Assembly (NCBI GenBank): GCA_040263875.1
Contig: JBDQJI010000005.1
Span: 6,496-70,495 of the forward strand
Length of the DNA: 64,000 nt
Origin: Alphaproteobacteria bacterium
GTDB taxonomy: Bacteria > Pseudomonadota > Alphaproteobacteria > Bin95
Direction: 5' to 3'
Position 1 is the stretch's first letter; the number at the start of each line of letters is the position of its first letter. The position numbers and the translations under genes are program-made. Under the pieces are notes generated by a model. That model did no database searches, was not told the DNA's origin, and saw only the letters and a program-made list of their open reading frames with translations. Below, in pieces: positions 55,950-64,000 of the stretch.

Positions 55950-56095
55950 AATGCCTTGCCGTTACAGTATTTTAACGCTTTCTTCACAAGATAATTTCGT
56001 TTTGTCGCCCCACCTGCCCCCAGGCATGCCATACTATTCCTGCTTTGTGCGGCCCAAGGCGCTTGCCAAAGGCTAACCACTGAGGAGATTGCCCG

Positions 56096-56305
56096 TTGAA
56101 AGATGCAGACCTTGATCCGGCAACCCACGCACGGCTCGAAAGCTTGAAGGCAGAACATCGTGACCTTGATTCCGCGATTGCCACAATGGCTGAGCAGCCA
56201 ATGATCGACCAGGTGCAGGTCCAGCGCATGAAAAAACGCAAACTGCGCCTGAAAGACATGATCGACCAGATTGAAGGCGGCAACACACCAGATATCAGCG
56301 CTTAA
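56096..56305 (+). CDS. DUF465 (YdcH-like) small protein
   Basis: LESLKAEHRDLDSAIATMAEQP ... VQVQRMKKRKLRLKDMIDQIE is the DUF465 pattern. TTG start with a GAGGAG Shine-Dalgarno 10 nt upstream. Confidence 0.65.
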   Translation: MKDADLDPATHARLESLKAEHRDLDSAIATMAEQPMIDQVQVQRMKKRKLRLKDMIDQIEGGNTPDISA

Positions 56306-56308
56306 GCG

Positions 56309-57727
56309 TTAAAGCGTCGATGCAATAGTTTCGATCCGATCCCAGGATTCGGTGACATGCTTTTGCTCGGTACTGGTATGGCCAATCTGGAAGCGAATAA
56401 CGTAACGGCCGTGCACCCGGTTCTGGGTGAGGTATGTGAAGCCATCGTCATTCACGGCATTTAGTAGGCGCTCATTCAGGGCGTCCAATGCCTCAGGCTC
56501 CTCTATACCCGTGGGCGCATATCTAAAGTTAATGAGCGAAAGCACGCGCGGGGCCATCAGCGCATAGTCTGGGCTTGCAGCGATCCGCGCCTCCAATTCC
56601 GCCGCCATCTGAATATGACTTCGCAGAATCCGCTGCAGGCCCTCAACGCCATAACTGCGGATGACGAACCAAAGCTTCAGCGCCCGAAAGCGACGGCCAA
56701 GCGGTACCGACCAATCCCGATAATCAATTACGGCACCATGCTCCCGGCTTTTCAGGAAGACCGGCAGGATCGCCAACGTTCGCACTAGGTCATCTGGGTC
56801 ACGGACAAAGTGTGCTGAACAATCAAAATTCGTCAGCAGCCATTTGTGCGGATTGAATACGAAGCTGTCGAAATACTCGATGCCGGCCAGCAAATGCTGA
56901 TATTCCTCCAAAATAAGCGCTGACCCGGCCCAGGCAGCATCCACATGGGCGAAGATATTATGCCGCTTGGCGATAGCGCCTAGTGCCGCCAAATCATCCA
57001 TTGCACCCACACCCGTGGCACCCAGGTTCGCGACCAGGCAGGCTGGGATTCGGCCTGCCGCCTTATCCGCCAGCACTGCGGCTTCAAAGGCTGCGGGATC
57101 CATCGCGAATGTTGCAGGGTCCGTTTGGATCAGCCGAACATTCTGGCGGCCAAGCCCAGCGATTTTGGCACCTTTTTCCGTGGCAGAATGGGTCTGGTCC
57201 GACGTGTAGACAACAATCTCCGGCCCTGCCGCCAATCCAGCCTCATTCGCCTGCCACCCTGTCGCCCGCTCTCGCGCCGTGAGGATGGCGCAGAGGATCG
57301 CGCTGGAAGCTGAGTCCTGGATAACGCCGTGAAACCCTTCCGGCAGACCGAGCATCTGACGCAGCCAGTCAGTGACGCGGGTTTCCATTTCGGTCGCGGC
57401 TGGGGATGTCTGCCACAACATACCCTGCGCGCCCAAAGTCGCCGTCAACATTTCCGCCAATACAGAGGGCGGGCTTGAGTTTGCGGGGAAATAGGCGAAG
57501 AAGCGCGGATGCTGCCAATGGGTCATACCAGGCAGTATGTCTTGCTTGAAGTCCGCCATAATTGCGTCCAATGGCTCCGACGTAACGGGTGGACCCAGCG
57601 GCAGTTTGGCAGCAATTTCGCCAGGCTTCACTTGAGCGCGGACAGGCAGTGCCTCAACACCCGTCATATAATCCGCCATCCAGTCCACAAGCTCATGGGC
57701 GTGGGCGCGGAATTCTTCGATTTCCAT
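56309..57727 (-). CDS. Pyridoxal-dependent (group II) aromatic-L-amino-acid decarboxylase family
   Basis: MEIEEFRAHAHELVDWMADYM N-terminus and a PLP Lys region (FNPHKWLLTNFDCS). The internal ATG at 57727 gives 472 aa. Confidence 0.88.
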   Translation of the reverse strand: MEIEEFRAHAHELVDWMADYMTGVEALPVRAQVKPGEIAAKLPLGPPVTSEPLDAIMADFKQDILPGMTHWQHPRFFAYFPANSSPPSVLAEMLTATLGAQGMLWQTSPAATEMETRVTDWLRQMLGLPEGFHGVIQDSASSAILCAILTARERATGWQANEAGLAAGPEIVVYTSDQTHSATEKGAKIAGLGRQNVRLIQTDPATFAMDPAAFEAAVLADKAAGRIPACLVANLGATGVGAMDDLAALGAIAKRHNIFAHVDAAWAGSALILEEYQHLLAGIEYFDSFVFNPHKWLLTNFDCSAHFVRDPDDLVRTLAILPVFLKSREHGAVIDYRDWSVPLGRRFRALKLWFVIRSYGVEGLQRILRSHIQMAAELEARIAASPDYALMAPRVLSLINFRYAPTGIEEPEALDALNERLLNAVNDDGFTYLTQNRVHGRYVIRFQIGHTSTEQKHVTESWDRIETIASTL

Positions 57728-57790
57728 GAACGGCGTCTCCTGTCTACAATCTGACGCAGCATAACAGGTTATCGAATCAAGGGCTTCACC

Positions 57791-58807
57791 ATGCAGATAG
57801 ACACACAAATCCGCGACATGGACCTGGGCGAGGTCGGTGCCGAAGCGAAGCGCCTGGAAACAATGGGCTTCGAGTGCGTTTGGACGTTTGAAGCCAAGCA
57901 CGACCCATTCCTGCCGCTGGCCTTCGCCGCTGCTGCAACCGAGACCATGGAAGTCGGCACTAATATCGCCGTTGCGTTCGCGCGCAGCCCCTATTCTATG
58001 GCCCAGGCCGCATGGGATGTGCAGCGCGCAAGTAAAGGCCGATTGCGCCTTGGTGTCGGGACCCAAGTGCGCGCCCATGTGGAACGCCGCCTATCCATGC
58101 CGTTTGATCGCCCGGCGGCGCGCGTTACCGACTATATCCATTGCATGCGCGCCATCTGGCACACGTTCCAAACGGACGAGCGCCCGAACTATCAGGGCGA
58201 GTTCTACCAGTTCCGACTGATGAACCCGTTCTTCAACCCAGGCCCCAATGACAAGCCGGATATTCCGATTTATCTAGCCGGCCTCAATCCCCGCATGGCA
58301 AGAGCAGCAGGCGAAGCGGCAGACGGATTTCATGTCCACCCCATGCATTCCAGAAGCTACTTGAATGAGGTCGTCCGCCCGGCGATCAATGAGGGCGCAC
58401 AGAAGCGCGGAAAGACTGTTGAAGATATTGACCTTTACGCCCCCGTCTTCGCCGTATGGGGTGATACAGAGGATGAGCGTGCCAAATCTGAAGCTGAAAT
58501 CCGCCAGCAAATCGCGTTCTATGGCTCTACCCCCAATTATCGCCGCCTATTCGAACACCATGGTGCCGGGGACGAAGCCCGCCAGCTTTCCCACCACATG
58601 CGCAATGGCGAGTTTGACCAGATGCCCCGCCTCGTCCCGGACCATCTGATGGATGAGCTGGCGATCCACGGCGATTTCAACACCCTCCCCACTAAACTCC
58701 GCGCCCGCGCAGATGGCGTCCTAGACCGCGTCAGCCTCTACTTCCCGGTCGATCCGAATGATCCCGATGAGCGCTGGGCAGAGTTTGCGGCTGGGTGCAA
58801 GGCGTAG
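57791..58807 (+). CDS. LLM-class (luciferase-like) flavin/F420-dependent oxidoreductase
   Basis: TIM-barrel LLM pattern (RLETMGFECVWTFEAKHDP ... RLRLGVGTQV). Confidence 0.82.
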   Translation: MQIDTQIRDMDLGEVGAEAKRLETMGFECVWTFEAKHDPFLPLAFAAAATETMEVGTNIAVAFARSPYSMAQAAWDVQRASKGRLRLGVGTQVRAHVERRLSMPFDRPAARVTDYIHCMRAIWHTFQTDERPNYQGEFYQFRLMNPFFNPGPNDKPDIPIYLAGLNPRMARAAGEAADGFHVHPMHSRSYLNEVVRPAINEGAQKRGKTVEDIDLYAPVFAVWGDTEDERAKSEAEIRQQIAFYGSTPNYRRLFEHHGAGDEARQLSHHMRNGEFDQMPRLVPDHLMDELAIHGDFNTLPTKLRARADGVLDRVSLYFPVDPNDPDERWAEFAAGCKA

Positions 58808-58877
58808 GGCCGCATTGAAGGCTGAACGCATTCCCCGCTAAACTACCGCTATCACCGAGTTACAGGAGCGCATCCCA

Positions 58878-59768
58878 ATGCCAAACGTCGCCGCTAATGG
58901 AATTAAAATCGAGTACGCGACCTGGGGGGAGGCTTCGGCCAAACCATTGCTGATGATTAATGGGCTGGGAACACAGCTGATTTCCTGGCCGGAAGCACTG
59001 TTGAATGAGCTGGCTGAGGCCGGGTTCTATGTGATTGTGTATGACAATCGGGATTCCGGACTATCGACGGATTTTGATGATTTCGGGCCTGCCGATATCC
59101 CCGCCGCGTTCAAAGCCGCTAGGGCGAAGGAACCGGTGAACGCGCCGTATAACCTCGAAACCATGGCGGATGATGCGGCGGGCCTGCTTGACGCAATGGG
59201 CATAGCAAAAGCGCACATCGTTGGCAGTTCTAACGGCGGGGCCATAGCGCAAATCTTCGCCTATCGGCACGCGGACAAGACATTATCTCTCGCCTCCATC
59301 ATGGCAACATCAGGCCGTCGTGGTCTGCCACGTCCATCAGAAGCAGCAACGGCTTGGCTGAACAAAACCCGCAAGCAAGATGCCACCCGGGATGAGTTCA
59401 TCGCGGAAGCGTTGGAAACTGCTAGCATCAACGGCAGCCCTGGTTTTCCAAAGGATAACGCGGCTGTATCCGCCCGCGCTGGGGCTATGTATGACCGCGC
59501 CTACAAGCCCTTTGGCCATGGCCGGCAATTGCTAGCCTCCATCGCTTCTGCCGATGGCCGGGTGCCGCATCTGGGCGATATCAAAGCGCCAACAACCATC
59601 ATCCACGGGTCGGATGATCCGCTGGTGCCAGTCGGCTGCGGCGAAGATGCCAAGAACAGCATTCCCGGTGCCACCATGACCGTCATTCAGGGCATGGCGC
59701 ATGATTATCCGGCGGGCGGGATCGAAAAAATCGTCGGCGCTATCGCTGACAACACAGACCGGGCCTAG
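58878..59768 (+). CDS. Alpha/beta hydrolase
   Basis: Nucleophile elbow GSSNGG and C-terminal His (GMAHDYP). Confidence 0.85.
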   Translation: MPNVAANGIKIEYATWGEASAKPLLMINGLGTQLISWPEALLNELAEAGFYVIVYDNRDSGLSTDFDDFGPADIPAAFKAARAKEPVNAPYNLETMADDAAGLLDAMGIAKAHIVGSSNGGAIAQIFAYRHADKTLSLASIMATSGRRGLPRPSEAATAWLNKTRKQDATRDEFIAEALETASINGSPGFPKDNAAVSARAGAMYDRAYKPFGHGRQLLASIASADGRVPHLGDIKAPTTIIHGSDDPLVPVGCGEDAKNSIPGATMTVIQGMAHDYPAGGIEKIVGAIADNTDRA

Positions 59769-59772
59769 AATC

Positions 59773-61500
59773 ATGAGTGCAGATGACGTCAAAACCGGCA
59801 TGAAGCAGGGCCTCGTCAACTATGGCGACGCTGAATTCTCGCTCTTCATGCGCAAAGCCTTCATCAAGGCCATGGGCTATTCCGATGATGCGCTGGAACG
59901 GCCGATCATTGGCGTCGTCAACACCTATTCCGGCTACAATGCCTGTCACCGCAACGTGCCCGAATTGGTGGACGCGATCCGCAGGGGTGTGATGATGGCA
60001 GGTGGAATCGCGGTCGATTTCCCTGTGATCTCTATCCACGAAAGCTTCTCCGCGCCGACATCCATGTTCCTGCGCAATTTGATGGCGATGGACGTGGAGG
60101 AAATGATCCGCGCCCAGCCAATGGACGCCGTCGTGCTAATCGGCGGCTGTGATAAAACCGTCCCAGCATTGCTGATGGGTGCGGCTAGCGCCGGCGTGCC
60201 TGCCATCCTGGAAGTCACTGGCCCTATGATCACTGGCTTCTTCCGTGGCGAACGTTTGGGCGCCTGCACCGATTGCCGCCGCATGTGGGGCATGCACCGG
60301 GCAGGTGAGCTGGATGCCGAAGAAATCGCAGACGCCGGTGATCGGCTGATGCCGACCGCAGGCACTTGCATGGTTATGGGCACAGCCTCCACCATGGCGC
60401 TGATGTCTGAAGCTTTGGGCATGATGTTGCCAGGTGGTGCGGCCATCCCCGCCGTCCATGCAGATCGCCTCCGCCATGCCGAAGCCACTGGAACCCGCGC
60501 TGTCGCCATGGCGGCGGAACGGTTGACGCCGGACCAGATCATGACGCCCGACGCATTCGCCAATGCTTTCAAGATGCTGCTGGCGACGGGCGGGTCCACC
60601 AACGGCCTTGTCCATATGACGGCAGTTGCCGGGCGGCTTGGCATTGAGGTTGATCTGGAAGCGCTCGATAAGCTTTCCGATGAAATTCCAGTGCTGGTCG
60701 ATCTAAAACCATCCGGCCAGCACTATATGGAAGACCTGAACAACGCAGGCGGTGCTGCACCTATTATGCGCGAGATCCGTCAGAAGCTGGCGACAGATTG
60801 CCTGACTGTTACCGGCAAGACGCTTGGTGAGAATATTGACGCTGCCCCAGCTGATTGGGGGCAGGAGGTCGTGAAGACGGCCGCTGATCCAATCTTCCCC
60901 AAAGGCGGTATTGCGGTGCTGCGTGGCTCGCTGGCACCCAATGGCGCAATCATTAAGCAGTCTGCAGCTGCCCCCCATCTGATGAAGCATGAGGGCCGCG
61001 CCGTTGTATTCGATGACTTGGCCGATATGGCTGAGCGTCTGGATAGCCCGGACTTGGATGTAACTGCGGACGACATTCTTGTGCTCAAAAATGCTGGGCC
61101 GAAGGGTGCGCCGGGGATGCCGGAATCGGGCTATATCCCGATCCCACGCAAGCTGGCACAGGCGGGCGTCAAAGATATGCTGCGCATGTCTGACGCACGG
61201 ATGAGCGGCACGGCGTTCGGTGCCATTGTCCTGCATATCTCGCCAGAAGCGGCGGAAGGCGGGCCGCTGGGATTGGTCGAAAACGGCGACAGGATCGTGC
61301 TGGACGTCGAGGCACGGCGTCTCGACCTGCTGGTGGACGAGGCCGTTCTGGCTGAGCGTCGCAAGGGGTGGAAGCCAGTTACCCACAAGGGCCAAGAACG
61401 CGGTTATCTTAAACTTTACCTGGATGAAGTTACTCAGGCTGAAGATGGTGCCGATTTCCGCTTCCTCATGCCGGCACGCACTGGCCAATCCACGCCTTAA
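59773..61500 (+). CDS. IlvD/EDD-family dehydratase (sugar-acid dehydratase-like)
   Basis: RPIIGVVNTYSGYNACHRNVPEL, the CDKTVP Fe-S ligand block, and a GTCMVMGTASTMA region. Start at MSADDVK. Confidence 0.88.
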   Translation: MSADDVKTGMKQGLVNYGDAEFSLFMRKAFIKAMGYSDDALERPIIGVVNTYSGYNACHRNVPELVDAIRRGVMMAGGIAVDFPVISIHESFSAPTSMFLRNLMAMDVEEMIRAQPMDAVVLIGGCDKTVPALLMGAASAGVPAILEVTGPMITGFFRGERLGACTDCRRMWGMHRAGELDAEEIADAGDRLMPTAGTCMVMGTASTMALMSEALGMMLPGGAAIPAVHADRLRHAEATGTRAVAMAAERLTPDQIMTPDAFANAFKMLLATGGSTNGLVHMTAVAGRLGIEVDLEALDKLSDEIPVLVDLKPSGQHYMEDLNNAGGAAPIMREIRQKLATDCLTVTGKTLGENIDAAPADWGQEVVKTAADPIFPKGGIAVLRGSLAPNGAIIKQSAAAPHLMKHEGRAVVFDDLADMAERLDSPDLDVTADDILVLKNAGPKGAPGMPESGYIPIPRKLAQAGVKDMLRMSDARMSGTAFGAIVLHISPEAAEGGPLGLVENGDRIVLDVEARRLDLLVDEAVLAERRKGWKPVTHKGQERGYLKLYLDEVTQAEDGADFRFLMPARTGQSTP

Positions 61501-61643
61501 CCGGCTGCGGAAAACGCATGAATTTATTTGATTCCTGTTAAGCACGGATTCAGTCTTCCCGACGATACTCCTTTCTGGAAACCACTTTTGTGGAACCGCG
61601 AAGCGTCCAAATTCCTGGGCCCGCTTTTGAAAGGATTAAAGTC

Positions 61644-62009
61644 ATGTCGGACATGCTCGAGGAGAGCGTCCGCGTCTCCCCAACGCGCGGCAGCATTACG
61701 TTCCATCCGTCCCAGCAGCGCAATACTGCTGAAGCCGCAGCACCGAAAGCCGTTGAGTCTCCAAGTGTTGAGATTGTGCTTTCGGCGGAAGCCAAAGCCG
61801 CATTGCAAACGCTTACGACCGCCCGTGCGAAAGGTGAAGAACGCGCAGAGCGCGCTGTGCAGAGTGCGAGAGAAGTCGCATCTGCAACTGGCATGAGCGA
61901 AGCTGATGCTGTTGCTGCGGCCCAGCCGCTCCGATCACCACCACCGGCAAAAGCCGTGGTTATGTTCCAGGCGAGCCTTGGCGCAACATCAACCGAATCC
62001 GGCAAGTAG
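61644..62009 (+). CDS. Small Ala-rich hypothetical protein
   Basis: ATG with an AAGGA Shine-Dalgarno 9 nt upstream. Followed at 62043..62088 by a GC stem plus T-rich tract. No recognisable domain. Confidence 0.45.
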   Translation: MSDMLEESVRVSPTRGSITFHPSQQRNTAEAAAPKAVESPSVEIVLSAEAKAALQTLTTARAKGEERAERAVQSAREVASATGMSEADAVAAAQPLRSPPPAKAVVMFQASLGATSTESGK

Positions 62010-62042
62010 CGCCTGACACTTTCCCTATAATTGACTGCTTTA

Positions 62043-62088
62043 CGGGCGCGTGGCGAAAGCTGCGCGCCCGCATTTGCGTTTGGTTTTC
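62043..62088 (+). terminator. Rho-independent terminator after the small Ala-rich ORF (possibly bidirectional, convergent genes)
   Basis: CGGGCGCG ... CGCGCCCG 8-bp GC stem with a 12-nt loop, followed by CATTTGCGTTTGGTTTTCG. Confidence 0.55.
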
Positions 62089-62118
62089 GTGCGGCGAGGC
62101 ACATGTCGCCCGTAGGCG

Positions 62119-64000
62119 TCAGCGGGTGGTCAGCTTGAACTCAATACGCCGGTTCCGCCGGTTAGCTTCCGCGGACCCAGCCTGATCGAGCGGATGATGC
62201 TGCCCGAACCCGACCGCTGCCAGACGGTCCGCCGGAATACCAGCATCCGCCAACGCGCGCACTACTGCTACAGCACGAGCGACAGACAGCTCCCAGTTCG
62301 ATGCGAACTGCTCATTGGCGATAGGGCGCTGGTCTGTATGGCCATCCACTCGCAGCACCCAATCCACATCAGCCGGAATGGTTTTGACAATCTCAGCGAG
62401 CGACTGTGCGACTGCACGGATGCTTGCTTGCCCTTGCGGCCCAAGTTCTGCTTTAGCCGTTGCGAACAGCACTTCTGACTGAAGCACAAACCGGTCACCA
62501 ACCACACGGATATCTTTCCGGTCACCCAGCACTTCGCTCAGGCGCGCCAGGAAATCAGACCGATAGCGCTTCAACTCACCGACTTTGGCAGCCAGCGCTG
62601 CATTCAGTTTCCCGCGCAATTGCAAAATGGTGACACCTCGCGCCTTGGCATATGTCAATGCAGCGTCCAAGGCGTTGTTGAGGCTGTCGACCTTTTCTTG
62701 CAGTTCATCATTCAGGCGCGCGATGCGCTTTTGTTCATCAACGGCACGCGTCTTGTCCGCCTCGATTCCGGACGCCGCACGGCGCGCTTGCAATAACCCG
62801 GTCTCCGCCGCATCGGCAGCCTCTTGGAGCGCCCGTGCTCGGGCGTTCAGCGCTGAAATCTGAGCCTCAAGCGCCTCAATCCTCAAGCGGTATTCGGAGA
62901 TGGCAGCAGTATGCGCAGCACCCCGTTCCGCTAATCGCGCCGAAAGCGCTTCCCGTGCCGCATCCGCACCAGCACTGGCCCGCTGAGCATCCTTCAAGTC
63001 CTGACGCAGCGCCTGCACCTGCTCTAACAATGCGGCTTGCCGCCCTTCCCCAGCTCCAATCAACCGGAGGCTCTGGGCCAATTCCTGTTCCAGTATCTGA
63101 ACGCGCTTGGTGAGCACAGCATTGTCTGATTCAGCCGAGGCCTTGGCCGCAATCTCGCTTTCTTTCAGTTCTGCCAGCGTCGCAGCTTGCCGTGCCACCT
63201 GCAAAGATAGAGCATCCCGCTCGCCTTCTGCCTTTGCGAGCGCATCTTCGAGTGTCGCGCGTGCGGCATTGGCGGCTTTTAGGGCGACAGATAGTGTTTG
63301 AATCTCCTCCGCGCGCAGCCCTGCCAGCGCCGCCGCCGTCTCCCCCGTTGCTTCAGACTGCTGCAGATCTCCAGACAACGCCTTAATGCGCAGCTCGAGC
63401 GCGGTAAGTTCAACACCAAGCGTATCATTGGTGACTTCAGCCGCGTCCAACGCCGCCTGTCGTGCCGCGCTCTCGCTAGATTTATCCTGAAGCGCTGACT
63501 GCAGTGCGGCGACATTGCTTTGCAGTGCTGCAATTTGATCATCCCGGCGCGCGGCAGCCGTTGCCGCGTCCGCTAAGGATAGCGCCCGCTCCCGGCTTTC
63601 TCGGGATTTAGCGCCGAGTGCAGCTTCCAGGCTTGCGGCAGATGCTTGTAAGGCTTGGAGCGTCGCCTCCAAGCTAGCTACTGATGCGGCGGAGGCTGTG
63701 AGGGCGTCGGATCGTTCTGCACTTTCCGCCGATTTATCAGCCAGCGCCGCACTCAAGCTAGCGGCCTGCGCCTGCGACGCCGCGAGTTCAGCCGCTAGAT
63801 CGGATGCCTTCAATTCCGCCGAATCCGCCCGGCCCGCCTGGGCTTGCGCATCTGCCAAAGCCACTTGCCCGGCTTCTCTAGCGCTCGCGAGACGGGCTTC
63901 GGTCCGCTCCAGCTTAGCCAAGGTCTCAGATGCCTTTTGAACGGCCGCCGCCAGTGCATCCTCTAGTGAGGAAATTTGGTCTTCATTCTCGATGGCTTTG
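62119..64000 (-). CDS. Ala-rich coiled-coil protein with a C-terminal OmpA/MotB-like peptidoglycan-binding domain; N-terminus lies beyond the window end
   Basis: The C-terminal block NEQFASNWELSVARAVAVVRAL ... AVGFG is OmpA_C-like. About 480 aa of repeated coiled-coil segments lie upstream. The ORF stays open to position 64000. Confidence 0.7.
   Translation of the reverse strand, partial: KAIENEDQISSLEDALAAAVQKASETLAKLERTEARLASAREAGQVALADAQAQAGRADSAELKASDLAAELAASQAQAASLSAALADKSAESAERSDALTASAASVASLEATLQALQASAASLEAALGAKSRESRERALSLADAATAAARRDDQIAALQSNVAALQSALQDKSSESAARQAALDAAEVTNDTLGVELTALELRIKALSGDLQQSEATGETAAALAGLRAEEIQTLSVALKAANAARATLEDALAKAEGERDALSLQVARQAATLAELKESEIAAKASAESDNAVLTKRVQILEQELAQSLRLIGAGEGRQAALLEQVQALRQDLKDAQRASAGADAAREALSARLAERGAAHTAAISEYRLRIEALEAQISALNARARALQEAADAAETGLLQARRAASGIEADKTRAVDEQKRIARLNDELQEKVDSLNNALDAALTYAKARGVTILQLRGKLNAALAAKVGELKRYRSDFLARLSEVLGDRKDIRVVGDRFVLQSEVLFATAKAELGPQGQASIRAVAQSLAEIVKTIPADVDWVLRVDGHTDQRPIANEQFASNWELSVARAVAVVRALADAGIPADRLAAVGFGQHHPLDQAGSAEANRRNRRIEFKLTTR

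Overview
This is a high-GC (~60%) chromosomal segment that looks alphaproteobacterial and carries about 57 protein-coding genes. I found no rRNA, tRNA, CRISPR array, transposase or integrase. The most interesting signal is at 49394..50614: a single in-frame TGA that gives a U-x-x-C motif, with a GC hairpin 11 nt downstream that resembles a bacterial SECIS element. I read this as a candidate selenoprotein, and the window contains no selA/selB/selD genes to support it.

Main gene content, in order:
- A 5'-truncated YdiJ-like FAD/Fe-S oxidoreductase, then an AhpD/CMD-family gene whose stop overlaps the start of a secreted coiled-coil membrane protein.
- A hydantoinase/oxoprolinase A/B pair that converges on a minus-strand run of Atm1-type ABC exporter, 2OG-Fe(II) oxygenase and an unknown gene.
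- A standalone HNH endonuclease.
- The conserved rpmH-rnpA-yidD-yidC-engB-argB block on the minus strand.
- TVP38/DedA-like protein, histidine kinase and tam.
- A CoxMSL-like molybdenum hydroxylase, with a CoxD(MoxR)-CoxE(VWA)-M20 peptidase operon on the opposite strand.
- pmbA.
- A Caulobacter-type bacterial sphingolipid cluster: spt, acp, cerR-like reductase, acyl-ACP synthetase.
- TauE/SafE with the TIGR02186 partner, and a USP.
- A three-subunit DmsABC-like molybdoenzyme whose catalytic subunit has no Tat signal, followed by an Nfu-type Fe-S scaffold.
- A glucosaminidase, then a tandem REC-HK / hybrid HK-Hpt phosphorelay pair.
- hyi, the selenoprotein candidate, an amidase, yciB, PilZ, DUF465, an aromatic amino acid decarboxylase, an LLM oxidoreductase, an alpha/beta hydrolase and an IlvD/EDD dehydratase.
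- A 3'-partial coiled-coil/OmpA-domain gene at the window edge.

Other points worth a second look:
- A dCache chemoreceptor is interrupted by a single in-frame TAA.
- A hairpin sequesters the RBS of the AhpD-like gene.
- A 14-nt perfect palindrome sits in the coxD-coxE spacer.
- A 14-nt tandem repeat spans the argB stop codon.
- A 22-bp palindrome lies upstream of the sphingolipid operon.

All family assignments come from reading the translated ORFs for motifs. I ran no database search.
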